DNA of 43,716 bases from a virus (taxonomy: Duplodnaviria; Caudoviricetes): the IMG/VR virus record IMGVR_UViG_3300036546_000107, positions 1 through 43,716 of that record. One strand, given 5' to 3'. This document shows, one piece after another, positions 1 to 9,217 of this stretch (positions are counted from its first letter, which is position 1; every line of letters starts with the position of its first letter). The notes below the pieces were generated by a model. It was not told the origin of the DNA. It did not search any database and saw nothing but the letters and a program-made list of their open reading frames with translations. Made by a program: the position numbers and the translations under genes.

Positions 1-126
1 GAACGAAAAACACCGTCGTTCTTCTGACCTTCTTTCAGGGTTTTCTTAGTCGCAATCATAATCTCTGCGATACCTGATGGACTCTTAATCCAGTAATAGT
101 TTAGAATCATTTTAACCATCTCCTTT
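1..126. repeat. Contig-end overlap, identical to 43449-43574
   Basis: Base-by-base identity; it diverges at 127 (t) vs 43575 (g). The length is typical of a k~127 assembly overlap. Confidence 0.95.
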
Positions 127-528
127 TGGAAGGTATTTTGAACGAATAGACTCGCACCATTCATGAGCCTCGAGTGCGTTTAAAAAAGTTGCTTTTCTAT
201 ATTTCTTCCCTTCAATACAAACACACCCAGCCCAACGCACTGCATTAGTTAGTCTAGAAACACCTCTAAACCCTGAGGTATTTGTACTAAAGATTTTCGA
301 ATTATGCAGATTATTGCTGTGTGTAAGGTATCTTAAATTACTCCTTCTGCAATCCCATTTATTTCTGTTTATATGGTCTACATCAAAACCTTTTTTAGGG
401 GGTAAAATTAAATGGTGCAAATAAACAACTTTTCCTTTGACAGTTATAAAAGGATAATGGTCTTTTATCCCTGACACTGTATAAGCTTTTAATCTAACCC
501 TCAGGTCTTCATCACATATTAACCTCAT
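112..528 (-). CDS. HNH (HNH_3-type) endonuclease with C-terminal AP2-like DNA-binding domain; free-standing homing endonuclease
   Basis: LHHLIL...VDHINRNKWDCRRSNLR (HNH) and NTSGFRGVS (AP2-type). ATG overlaps the polA-N stop (TGATG). AT-rich relative to neighbours. Confidence 0.9.
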   Translation of the reverse strand: MRLICDEDLRVRLKAYTVSGIKDHYPFITVKGKVVYLHHLILPPKKGFDVDHINRNKWDCRRSNLRYLTHSNNLHNSKIFSTNTSGFRGVSRLTNAVRWAGCVCIEGKKYRKATFLNALEAHEWCESIRSKYLPKGDG

Positions 529-557
529 CAGCCGTCCCCCTTCGGAAGATTTTGTAG
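127..557 (-). mobile_element. Optional HNH homing cassette (net +416 bp), including the recoded 3' end of polA-N
   Basis: The same flanks are joined by only 15 bp (43575-43589) at the other end of the contig. Confidence 0.85.
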
Positions 558-2264
558 GTTTAGGCCGAAGTCAAAAACGTCACCAGAACTCGCTAAGCGG
601 TACGTTGTAGTTCCCGCTAGTTTGTACATACTGCGCATGTACCCATCATAGTCAGGGTGCGGTTGCAGGAAGGTACTATGAAATACTACCATACTCCGAT
701 GGAGCAGGATAGCCAAGCACAAAGGTTTCAGAATTGGCTCACGAGTCATAATGGTTTTTAACGCATCGTCATCTGTAGTCGGAACCCACTGTTTCTTAGC
801 ATTTTTCTTTGTTACCTTCGGCTGCCCTAACAGTGTGTAGAACAAGTCGCCAAGCTGTTTAGGACTTGACCACCAAGGAGCTTTCTTAGGGTCAATAGGC
901 ATCAATTCCTCCGGCACTACACGTTTCATCCACTCTTGCAATGCTGCCATTTCTTCTTCCAGCATCTGCATCTGACGCTTACGCTCATCCCAGTCGTAGA
1001 AGTTGCCGCGCAGCATACACTTCAGCAGATTAGGCCACATATCCATCTGGAATGCATACGCCTTCTTCAGCTCTGGTTCGATGATTGCATCACGCAGTAT
1101 AACTTCAGCAGCGTCAAGTGTTTTGCAACAGTCCTTCACGTTATACAACTGGTAACTGTCCCAGTTCTCCCAGGAAGGTTCCCATTTCTCGTCATCTTCT
1201 GCATGACTTTCATCTTTCCAATACTGGTGATAGTCACAGTAAATACTACTGATTACATGTAGTGCTTTTGGAATATCTCCACTAAACACAACATGATGAG
1301 CTATCATGGTATCACACCAAATATGGCTACGGATTCCCCAGTGCCTACCCAAGTACTGGGCGTCGTAGTGATAGTTCTGACCAGCGACTCTAACATTCGG
1401 GTGTTCCAGAACATCCTTAATAAGAAGGATAAGAGTTCTTTCCTCGTCTGTATCTTCCCAGTAAGGACTCCAGTCCGGTGTAATAATCGGGATGCAAATC
1501 CCAGCGCGGTCAGAGTGGGCGAAGCCAACTGTTCCGATAAAAAATCGTCTTCTCGTTTCAATGTCCACACCGAGTTTAACTTGCTCCCCTCCATTAAGTC
1601 TGCGAAGGATTGCTGAAAGGTACGCATGTGCCTCGCAGTAAGTCGGGTTAATAACAACATCCCACTGTGGTTCGGGCCATCCCTCTCCAATATGCTTGCC
1701 AACTCGAGCAATGTCCGACGAGACGAGGAAGCGAAGCTGTGGCTGTTTAAATACACGGGAAGTGGAATGCGTTGGGAGTACCGGTACAGAAAAATCTCCT
1801 TCGGTAAAGTACTCCATACTGCCTCTAAAGTCGTCGATTCCTCGTTCCCCGCAGACTGCCATAAGAGCAGCTTCACCCAGAACGATGACAAACTTCGGGG
1901 AAGTCTGCACGATATAACTGCGAACCCGTTCGAACATTTCAGAGAGCGACGAGTCAATGTAGTATTTGGGTTTGAATTCAATAGCAGTACCATTGTCAAA
2001 ATCCCTCTTAGGCAATCCCATCATATGACTGAGATTACCATCAATACCAGCAACCTCTGAAACATAGATGAACGCTGACTTTTTAAATTCCAAACCAGCT
2101 CCTGACATATAGCGACTTAACTCAACGCCGCTATTACTACAGAATGGTTTGCCCGCTGTTAAGTCCGCCTTAGTCGGACACTCCCCAACTACCAAAATAC
2201 CGTTCCAGTCTTTCGGCATATGAGGAAGAACTCGGGAGCTTTCGCCCCCGTTCTTACTTGCCAT
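528..2264 (-). CDS. polA: DNA polymerase A, N-terminal subunit: UDG-family-4-like domain + 3'-5' exonuclease + thumb/start of palm
   Basis: ILVVGECP (UDG motif A-like); ExoI GVDIET, ExoII GQNYHYDAQYL, ExoIII YNVKD; WSSPKQL, TTDDDAL, and TTTYRLASS...NLQNLPK (TGRLSS...PNLQNIP equivalent). Stops before motif A. Confidence 0.9.
   Translation of the reverse strand: MASKNGGESSRVLPHMPKDWNGILVVGECPTKADLTAGKPFCSNSGVELSRYMSGAGLEFKKSAFIYVSEVAGIDGNLSHMMGLPKRDFDNGTAIEFKPKYYIDSSLSEMFERVRSYIVQTSPKFVIVLGEAALMAVCGERGIDDFRGSMEYFTEGDFSVPVLPTHSTSRVFKQPQLRFLVSSDIARVGKHIGEGWPEPQWDVVINPTYCEAHAYLSAILRRLNGGEQVKLGVDIETRRRFFIGTVGFAHSDRAGICIPIITPDWSPYWEDTDEERTLILLIKDVLEHPNVRVAGQNYHYDAQYLGRHWGIRSHIWCDTMIAHHVVFSGDIPKALHVISSIYCDYHQYWKDESHAEDDEKWEPSWENWDSYQLYNVKDCCKTLDAAEVILRDAIIEPELKKAYAFQMDMWPNLLKCMLRGNFYDWDERKRQMQMLEEEMAALQEWMKRVVPEELMPIDPKKAPWWSSPKQLGDLFYTLLGQPKVTKKNAKKQWVPTTDDDALKTIMTREPILKPLCLAILLHRSMVVFHSTFLQPHPDYDGYMRSMYKLAGTTTYRLASSGDVFDFGLNLQNLPKGDG
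558..684. repeat. Contig-end overlap, identical to 43590-43716
   Basis: 127-nt exact match to the last 127 nt of the window. Confidence 0.95.
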
Positions 2265-2281
2265 AGGATTACTCCTGTTTT

Positions 2282-2515
2282 TTACCAGTCGCCATAATCT
2301 ATATCAAGGTAGTCTGCTATGTCATGCAGAGGTGCAAGTCCTGCGAAACTTTTAACTTCCTCGATTGTAGTGTTACAGGTTGCTACTATGTAATCACCTG
2401 TAATTTTTTCAGTTTCTGGGTAGTCATCTTCCTCGTAAGCAAGACCAGCAGCTGTTACGTAGATTTTAACACCAGCAGGTATAAAACTACATAATGGTTT
2501 ATTTGCTTCTTCCAT
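2282..2515 (-). CDS. Hypothetical acidic protein
   Basis: 77-aa ORF with RBS caggagtaatcctATG; the identical leader precedes polA-N. Confidence 0.75.
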   Translation of the reverse strand: MEEANKPLCSFIPAGVKIYVTAAGLAYEEDDYPETEKITGDYIVATCNTTIEEVKSFAGLAPLHDIADYLDIDYGDW

Positions 2516-2519
2516 AGGA

Positions 2520-3062
2520 TTACTCCTGTTTGTTACAACGCATCTCTACATGAGTAACATCCTTGGAGTCCTCATCCTGTAGTTCGTTGTTGCTTCGACC
2601 CTGCTGCACAGCACAACAACCGGAGGGAACTTCACAGATGATGACACCAGGAAAATGTTCACGCACCATCTTGATAACCTGATGGTCATCTTCAAACAGA
2701 AGGTCTCCGGCACACAGACCAATCTCCATAAACTTGTCACGCTTGAAGTCTTTAGAGCGACGATGGTCATCCACTGGTCGCATGTGTAGTTCAATACAAC
2801 CAGAGAGCATATGATGACGGCTCAACCAATCTTCTGTTTGCTCACGACTATCTTCACCACGACCAGTTACAATGATTGTATTAACCATCTTAGCGAGTTG
2901 TTGGTACACCGCATATGTGCTGAAGATAACTTCATCATCAACACAAGCCTGGTTAAATGCAGTCCAATGCGAGGTATGGTCGCCTTCACCCTTCTTCGGT
3001 AACAAGTGTAAACGATGCTCGTTATTGGCTAGTGTGCCGTCCAAATCCCAGACTATTTTCAT
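2520..3062 (-). CDS. HAD-superfamily phosphatase (PseT/polynucleotide 3'-phosphatase-like)
   Basis: WDLDGTL, VTGR, LHMRP..D.R...FK, FEDD motifs. Confidence 0.85.
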   Translation of the reverse strand: MKIVWDLDGTLANNEHRLHLLPKKGEGDHTSHWTAFNQACVDDEVIFSTYAVYQQLAKMVNTIIVTGRGEDSREQTEDWLSRHHMLSGCIELHMRPVDDHRRSKDFKRDKFMEIGLCAGDLLFEDDHQVIKMVREHFPGVIICEVPSGCCAVQQGRSNNELQDEDSKDVTHVEMRCNKQE

Positions 3063-4471
3063 CCTAGTTTACCTTTGCGAAGTTCATCCCACTGCGCCAT
3101 TGTCATACCTTTCAACAAGTGCGCTTCTTTCTCCCAACGACCGTCAATTTCCCAGGCAGTTACCTTGCAATCAAGTTCGTTAGCTGCTGGCAGAATCGGG
3201 AACGAGCCTGCGCAGAAGTCCAACACTGAATCACCGGGATTGACACTCCGTCGTAAGAGGTCATGATATACGGCAGGAGGTTTCCCCGCTCCGTGGTCGT
3301 GCCCAGTAACTTGGGAGATATTAATAACGTCGTGGTAGACTCCGGTAGTTTTCTTCTCTCCTTTTGTGGCAAAGATGATACACTCAAAAGTATAACGAGG
3401 CCCATGCTCTGGCTTAGGCAAACTTCCAATGTTTCCTTTATACCAGATGAGAGGGCGAGGCCACACATCGAACCCTGCTTCCTGAAACCGCGTAACCAAG
3501 CCCTTAATCTTACTGGGCTTAGAATTTCCTGGACGTACACCCCAGAAGTCGTGGAAGCGGGATATATCACAAAAGAGGTAGACGGCGGCTTGTTCGCGAC
3601 AAACTCGGAATAGCTCTTTTGGCATAATCGAAAACATTCTGTCCCACGTTTCCAAGGAGTCATCGTAGAGATGGTGGTTTCCGTCTGCGTTATGTTTGCG
3701 ACGCTGGAACATGTGCATTTCGTCGGCGCTGATTCCGTAGATTGGGTCGGAACAGATGATGTCGAACGAGTTGCTCGGAACTGACTTAATAAGCTCACAG
3801 CAATCTCCTATTGCAATGACATGTTCAGTCTTAGCTTCCTTGAAGTCCTTAGCTAGACGTTCACGCTTCTCACGCTCCAGCTCGCGTTTGATAATTTTAT
3901 CAGCTTCTGACGCAGACTTCGCTCCTTTCACACCTTCGTGGTCAGCAAACTTTTGACGAAGCTCCGCTTGCGTCACTCGCTTCTCAGTCTGGTGCATAGC
4001 CTGATAGTTCTCAGGTAGCTCTGGGTCTTTGCCACGTTCCGCCAGCATCTTCTTAGCAACGTCACGGTTTGTAACCGTATGCCCGTCCTCACGCAGCTGA
4101 AGCATGGCTTTAATCAGCAACACCGCTGCATCTTTATCCTGCCAAGTCAGGTCGAAACGCATTGTGTTTTCGAACAGCTCCATTTGTTGCAGAATAATAA
4201 TGTCAGCTTCGTCAGTTGTGTAGTAAGGCAGATGATACGGTTCGAGAATCGAATCTCCAAACTTCACGGGCACACCCAGATTGCCAAGCATTTCAATTGC
4301 ACGGCTGCGAGTTTCACCAATCACCAACGTCTTGTTATCGTCGCGTAGTACAGCAGGCTGGAGTAAACCAACCTGCTTGATTGACGCTGCGAGGTTCTTA
4401 ACGTTTTCGATTGGCTTGCTTGTACGCTGGCGCTCTTCGATTACCAGCTCACGAACATCAATCGTTTTCAT
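3059..4471 (-). CDS. ParB/Srx-like N-terminal domain fused to a beta-class N6-adenine/N4-cytosine DNA methyltransferase
   Basis: GLLQP...GETRSRA...EN.MRFDL (ParB); GDCCELIK..SFDIICSDPIY (motif IV), H.AGKP, VLDFCAGS (motif I). Confidence 0.85.
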   Translation of the reverse strand: MKTIDVRELVIEERQRTSKPIENVKNLAASIKQVGLLQPAVLRDDNKTLVIGETRSRAIEMLGNLGVPVKFGDSILEPYHLPYYTTDEADIIILQQMELFENTMRFDLTWQDKDAAVLLIKAMLQLREDGHTVTNRDVAKKMLAERGKDPELPENYQAMHQTEKRVTQAELRQKFADHEGVKGAKSASEADKIIKRELEREKRERLAKDFKEAKTEHVIAIGDCCELIKSVPSNSFDIICSDPIYGISADEMHMFQRRKHNADGNHHLYDDSLETWDRMFSIMPKELFRVCREQAAVYLFCDISRFHDFWGVRPGNSKPSKIKGLVTRFQEAGFDVWPRPLIWYKGNIGSLPKPEHGPRYTFECIIFATKGEKKTTGVYHDVINISQVTGHDHGAGKPPAVYHDLLRRSVNPGDSVLDFCAGSFPILPAANELDCKVTAWEIDGRWEKEAHLLKGMTMAQWDELRKGKLG

Positions 4472-4474
4472 CCG

Positions 4475-5056
4475 TTACTCTCCAGTTGAGCCCATGCCAC
4501 CAACGCGGTCAGAGTCCGCATCTTCTAGTTCTTCCACCAGTGCAAATTCCGCTTGCACCACTGGATGGAAGAGAATTTGGCCAATGCGAAAACCTGGCTT
4601 AACCGTGACAGGACGGTCGCCAAGGTTGATAATCGAGACTTTAATTTCGTCACGATAGTCAGCATCAATCGTACCGTTAAATCCCATAAGACGATTATTG
4701 AACCAGTGACCAGAACGGCCGCGAATCTCCCCTTCCCAGCCCTCGGGAATTTCGAGAGCAATGCCTGCCGGAATATCAGCATACTGGCCTGGTACAAGAG
4801 TATGCGTCTCTGTACAGAATAAATCAGCACCCGCAGCCATTTTGGTTTTGTAAATAGGAATTGGATTTTCATGTTCTTCACACTCCCAATTAACGCCACG
4901 AGCTGCAACGTTGTGGAATGATTGACAGATACGAACCGGAATAGACAGAATAGCTTTCATCTTATTCGTATCTACTGGAACTGATGTATCGCTAGCAAGC
5001 GCAGCTGCTGCTTTACTCAAGTCTGTTCCTGCGGTTGGTTTCTTTGGTGCAGTCAT
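4475..5056 (-). CDS. dut: Trimeric dUTPase
   Basis: AAGADL, RGRSG, GTIDADYRDEI, RIGQI, RVGGMGSTG: all five motifs. Confidence 0.95.
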   Translation of the reverse strand: MTAPKKPTAGTDLSKAAAALASDTSVPVDTNKMKAILSIPVRICQSFHNVAARGVNWECEEHENPIPIYKTKMAAGADLFCTETHTLVPGQYADIPAGIALEIPEGWEGEIRGRSGHWFNNRLMGFNGTIDADYRDEIKVSIINLGDRPVTVKPGFRIGQILFHPVVQAEFALVEELEDADSDRVGGMGSTGE

Positions 5057-5084
5057 AATGACCTCTTTGAAATAGAGTTAAAAC

Positions 5085-5118
5085 AAAAAAGAGGGACAAG
5101 AACTCTGCCCTGTCCCCC
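5085..5118 (-). terminator. Putative intrinsic terminator after the SSB-like gene
   Basis: Minus strand reads gggacagggcagagttcttgtccc followed by tctttttt. Confidence 0.55.
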
Positions 5119-5153
5119 ATAACCAGAATGGTTAATGAGCCTACTGTAAAGAC

Positions 5154-5645
5154 TTATTCGTCTTCTTCTTCGTCTGCTGCGAACACGGCTGTAACTTCAG
5201 CATAAACATCTTGCGTGTCTTTGTTCATGCTGTGTTTAACTTGAGCACCGCCAATCATTGCACCTTTCAAGTCCATGATTGACCATTCTTCTGCTGTGTT
5301 CTGACCAGCTGCATGACGAAGTTTACCTAGCGCGATGTTACGTCCAGGGCCAACATCAAGAAGACCTTCTTCAGTTAGGTCTAGGAACAGTTGCATACGC
5401 ACTGTTGCATCTTGACCTTCTACGCATTTCATTTCTTCGCGTACATCTGGGTCGTTTGACAGGAAGATTACTGTCAGCTGCGCCCAGGTTTTACCGGCAT
5501 TGTCACCTTCTTTCACTGTACCAGAGTTCAGGCTGATATCTTTAATCTGCAAGTCTTCAGCTGGGCCTTCTGGGAAAGGAATACGCTTGGTGTCCAGTGC
5601 TTGTTCAACGGTCTGTTGTAGGAACGCGTCTTTGTTAAATGCCAT
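5154..5645 (-). CDS. Probable single-stranded DNA-binding protein
   Basis: Beta-rich, acidic tail ADEEEDE, next to the Sak4-like ATPase. Start reassigned to the ATG after GGAG. Confidence 0.6.
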   Translation of the reverse strand: MAFNKDAFLQQTVEQALDTKRIPFPEGPAEDLQIKDISLNSGTVKEGDNAGKTWAQLTVIFLSNDPDVREEMKCVEGQDATVRMQLFLDLTEEGLLDVGPGRNIALGKLRHAAGQNTAEEWSIMDLKGAMIGGAQVKHSMNKDTQDVYAEVTAVFAADEEEDE

Positions 5646-5754
5646 AATGATTTCTCCTGCGCCGTAGCGCATCTTTTAAAGTAGGCAAAATTGCCAGTTA
5701 CAAGTTAACTTGCTACTGTTTAATGACCTGTAGCTACGTCATTTTCTTCGACGC

Positions 5755-6051
5755 TTACGCGTCATTTTCTTCTGGTTGTAACACAGCAACAATTGCAGTT
5801 GGTGGCATACAGACAAAAAGAAACTCGTCTTTGTCTTGGTTGCCAAATACTTCACGTTGCATACCGCCAGTAAAGCGAATTGTTTGGTTCAGGTACTGCT
5901 CACCGATAGCATCAATAGCAGCTTGTCCCATGCTAGTAACAACACCTTCTGGTACAAAGCCAAGCTCTTTCCCAGGAATAATGATGGCACCAAAGCGAGG
6001 GTTCTTAATTCGAACCATAACCATCTCATTAGCTGCTACCCACTTAGCCAT
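5755..6051 (-). CDS. GroES/Cpn10-like co-chaperonin (putative)
   Basis: 98 aa: VMVR...GAIIIPG (mobile-loop-like)...EGVVTSMG...MPPTAIVAVL parallels GroES VIVKR..GGIVL..GEVLAVG..MSESDILAIV. Confidence 0.55.
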   Translation of the reverse strand: MAKWVAANEMVMVRIKNPRFGAIIIPGKELGFVPEGVVTSMGQAAIDAIGEQYLNQTIRFTGGMQREVFGNQDKDEFLFVCMPPTAIVAVLQPEENDA

Positions 6052-6895
6052 TTTCTTTCTCCTGTTTGTCAAACAATGCAGACCAGTTATTCCAAATTTG
6101 GTCAAAGCCTGGCTTCATCTTTTGTTTACGTGGAAGGTTACGCGATTTCAACTGCATGTTTTTATCCTGCGTACACCAGATGAATTCATCACCCTCGTCA
6201 CTAGCAAGAATAACATCAGAGAAATATTTACCGAAATCATAGCTGTTCTTGTTACCAAGCAGCTTAGGATAACGGTAGACTCGGCCTGTGATTTCGTCGT
6301 TGTTCAACTCTAAGTGAGCTAACAGCACGAAACCGCAGGTCAAGTCATTAACACACTGCGTAACCAAACGCATCTCCACGTCCATCGCGCAGCCCCAGTC
6401 ACTGACTGTTTTGTATGGCTTAGCTCCAACAACCAAGTCCATACTCATCTGGTTAATACCAGACAAACCATCAATGACCAGAACGCGGTCGTTTTCCCAA
6501 GTGCTGACGTCACCGAACTCGACCCCATGTTGATCAACAAAGTTCTCGCACAGTCCGTACAATTCCATAAACTGCTGGAAGTTCTGATTCTCAATCCCTT
6601 TCATGGATTGCAAATCTTTCTGTTCCTGCCTATTAATCATACGCGCAACCTTACGCATCGTTCCAAAGCCTGGACTTCCGGCACTGACACGAGCGTAATG
6701 CAGCTTCTCGGTACTCACGCCGCGTTCACGGCAGGCATGAAGAAGAGATTCTTTACCCTGCTCAGTGAAGATGACAAAGACTTCCAGGCCAGCTTCTAAT
6801 AAGCTGACAAGCTGATAAGTCTTGCCTGCGCCAGGCATTCCCATAAGGAGAACCTTCGGCGCTTCTTCATTTGCAGGCACATTACGATAGGGCAT
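6044..6895 (-). CDS. AAA_24/Sak4-like P-loop NTPase (recombination/annealing)
   Basis: GMPGAGKT Walker A, VLVIDGLS Walker B, LLAH; context beside SSB and exonuclease. Confidence 0.8.
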   Translation of the reverse strand: MPYRNVPANEEAPKVLLMGMPGAGKTYQLVSLLEAGLEVFVIFTEQGKESLLHACRERGVSTEKLHYARVSAGSPGFGTMRKVARMINRQEQKDLQSMKGIENQNFQQFMELYGLCENFVDQHGVEFGDVSTWENDRVLVIDGLSGINQMSMDLVVGAKPYKTVSDWGCAMDVEMRLVTQCVNDLTCGFVLLAHLELNNDEITGRVYRYPKLLGNKNSYDFGKYFSDVILASDEGDEFIWCTQDKNMQLKSRNLPRKQKMKPGFDQIWNNWSALFDKQEKENG

Positions 6896-6987
6896 CGCAT
6901 AACTCCATTCTATTTAAAGTGCAATTTAATAGGTACTATTAATTTACCAATTAATAATACCCATAAGCTGATTTTCTCGCAATAAAA

Positions 6988-7224
6988 TTATTGGCGAGAA
7001 CGTGCCGGATGTTTACGTTTGTTGGCCGCTTTTTTAGCTGCACGTTTAGCAGCCGCCGCACCGCTGGCCATACCTCCATTACGTTTGAACTGAACTTTCC
7101 CAGGAACGACTTCGGGCAGCATCATCTCCTGTGGCATGAGAGCACGACGAAAGCCTGCTGCTGCAGCAGCCAACAAACCAATGGAGCCCAAGTTAATACG
7201 ACGAAATGGATTACCTTGTTTCAT
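6988..7224 (-). CDS. Hypothetical basic protein
   Basis: 78 aa, K/R/A-rich C-terminus; ATG overlaps the upstream stop. Confidence 0.65.
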   Translation of the reverse strand: MKQGNPFRRINLGSIGLLAAAAAGFRRALMPQEMMLPEVVPGKVQFKRNGGMASGAAAAKRAAKKAANKRKHPARSRQ

Positions 7225-7583
7225 AATAGTCTAAACCTCAAGTCTTTATTGGGAGTCTTACCATCAAGCAATATTGCTGATAAGACCATAACATCTCGCT
7301 TCAAAATATCTGCATCCCAGATAAAATTGAAACCGCCTAATGTAAGTAAAGTTATACCACCACCATTACATGACTCGCAACTACAACTTATAGCTGCGTG
7401 ATATTCTTTTTGACCGACCTGTTCAGTCAGAAGCGAGCACCACTTATCACCACAGTCAGGACAAAGAAAGTGGTAACTGGAAGGACGACGAAAAGCAGAT
7501 GGGTCGTACTCGACAACATAGTTTCCAACTCTCTCGCCTTTCACCAAACAAGTTCCAACCCATTGCTTTTTCATCTTAAACAT
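7221..7583 (-). CDS. Hypothetical zinc-binding protein
   Basis: CPDC and CESC pairs. Confidence 0.65.
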   Translation of the reverse strand: MFKMKKQWVGTCLVKGERVGNYVVEYDPSAFRRPSSYHFLCPDCGDKWCSLLTEQVGQKEYHAAISCSCESCNGGGITLLTLGGFNFIWDADILKRDVMVLSAILLDGKTPNKDLRFRLL

Positions 7584-7926
7584 CCCTCATGTAGTAAATG
7601 TCGTCTTGATGAACTCCCCGCATGTTCCGAGAAACCCACTCTTGAGAGATGGATTGGTCTTCTGTAATGAACCAGAGAGTACGCTCAAACAGAACATCAC
7701 CATCCCACTTATGCCAGTAACTTACACGTTGGCCTTCAACGTCAGCAGGGATACCCACAACCCTGAGTAACTCAGCCATTTGTCGTGCTTGACACTCACA
7801 ATAACTACGAGTAGGGTTTTCACACATCGGAGTAATGAACATAAAAACTGTTTCATTACGATGAGTCATCAAGTCGCTTGCCATTTTCAACATGCGACGA
7901 GTTGTCTTTCCAGTACCACGTTTCAT
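7576..7926 (-). CDS. Hypothetical protein (N-terminal P-loop-like RGTGKT)
   Basis: ORF overlaps its neighbours in operon fashion. Confidence 0.6.
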   Translation of the reverse strand: MKRGTGKTTRRMLKMASDLMTHRNETVFMFITPMCENPTRSYCECQARQMAELLRVVGIPADVEGQRVSYWHKWDGDVLFERTLWFITEDQSISQEWVSRNMRGVHQDDIYYMRDV

Positions 7927-8945
7927 AAATCTTCCACCATCTTAACCGGAGAGTTCTCTGGGTTTGTAGGATCCCAGACTCTTATAGGCATACTGTCCAG
8001 CACACGGTGAGGCAGTTTACTCTTACACGCGTTCACAAACTTGCAGCCACCGTAAGCAGCGCAACCATCAGCTAAATCATATTCCCATTCCTTCTCGCGC
8101 TTGTAGCAATCAACGATAGCCTGGAAATCTTTATTCACTTGCTTCCACCACAAATCCAGCAGGTGCGGAGGAAATCTGACGGGCACTTCCATATGGTCAA
8201 TCTGCGTTTTCAGAATACTCGTACCACGAGCGATAACGCCAACCGCCGGAACACCCAGGATTCGTTTAGCAGCATAGGTATAACCCATGAACTGACTACG
8301 CAAATCCCACTGACGAGCCCAGCTCGGGCCAAGGCTACTGGTTGTCTTGTCATCGCCAAGCCAAATGTCGCCCTGTCTTTCTTCGATGTAGTCAAAGCGG
8401 AACGAGTACATCAACGGCTGCCCTGTTTCAGGGTGCATTACATCGAGAGGTAACACGCCTCCATACTCGCTCGAGACTTCACCATCTCGATAATACATCT
8501 TACCAACACTGGCTTTCGGATGATAACGTTGCCAGTACGATAAGTATGCGTGAATTAAACGGTCACAACTTTTAGGACTCTTGCGCCAATCCTCTTGGTT
8601 TTCACGAGCCTCATCAAATCCATAAGACTTAATTAAAGAGTATAAACCAGCATCAAGTGCAGCATCCAAATTCTTATAAGTTGCAGCTTCTTTCGTATAA
8701 TACGTCTTACGAAAGTTATCCAGTGCATCGGCGAAAGCTCGGCCAGCAACGAGGTGGATGTTATCTGCTCCCATTACACGGCACAGCAGAAACTCCTGGA
8801 AGAAACTCATAGGACACTTGCGGAAACCACTCCGCATAGTATTATCCACAGTTTCTGGGAACGGGGGAAGTACATCCCCCTCCAGGTATTTTCTGCTTCG
8901 AACTGACGCCAGCATATCGCAACGTTCTTGAGGGGTTCTAAGCAT
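7923..8945 (-). CDS. PD-(D/E)XK exonuclease, Cas4/AddB-like with 1+3 Cys (Fe-S) arrangement
   Basis: RKCP, FRFD...DDKT, QFMGY, C..YGGC.F..AC. Confidence 0.85.
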   Translation of the reverse strand: MLRTPQERCDMLASVRSRKYLEGDVLPPFPETVDNTMRSGFRKCPMSFFQEFLLCRVMGADNIHLVAGRAFADALDNFRKTYYTKEAATYKNLDAALDAGLYSLIKSYGFDEARENQEDWRKSPKSCDRLIHAYLSYWQRYHPKASVGKMYYRDGEVSSEYGGVLPLDVMHPETGQPLMYSFRFDYIEERQGDIWLGDDKTTSSLGPSWARQWDLRSQFMGYTYAAKRILGVPAVGVIARGTSILKTQIDHMEVPVRFPPHLLDLWWKQVNKDFQAIVDCYKREKEWEYDLADGCAAYGGCKFVNACKSKLPHRVLDSMPIRVWDPTNPENSPVKMVEDL

Positions 8946-9217
8946 TACAGACCCCCAAGCAGTCCGTTGAGCAGAGCATCAGCATCAACCTTCGGCTCTT
9001 TCTTCGCCGTTTTCGCTGCTGGTTTCTTAGCGGCAGACTTATTGGCTTTCAACTCAGCACCGTAAGCCTTACGAATTTTCAGCAACGCACTGGCCAGCTC
9101 ATCTTCTGGAATCGCTTCGTTGTGACTGATGCGGCGACGCAAATCAACCAGCGTACGACGCGTAACTTCCGCTTCGCTGAGTTCACCATCAAGCGTCTGG
9201 TTCAAAAGACTTTCCAT
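8945..9217 (-). CDS. Hypothetical protein
   Basis: 90-aa ORF, coupled to the downstream gene. Confidence 0.7.
   Translation of the reverse strand: MESLLNQTLDGELSEAEVTRRTLVDLRRRISHNEAIPEDELASALLKIRKAYGAELKANKSAAKKPAAKTAKKEPKVDADALLNGLLGGL

Noticed and set aside
7923-8945. Cas4-like gene as evidence of CRISPR-Cas
   Set aside because: No repeat-spacer array or other cas genes; it is a standard phage recombination exonuclease beside Sak4 and SSB.
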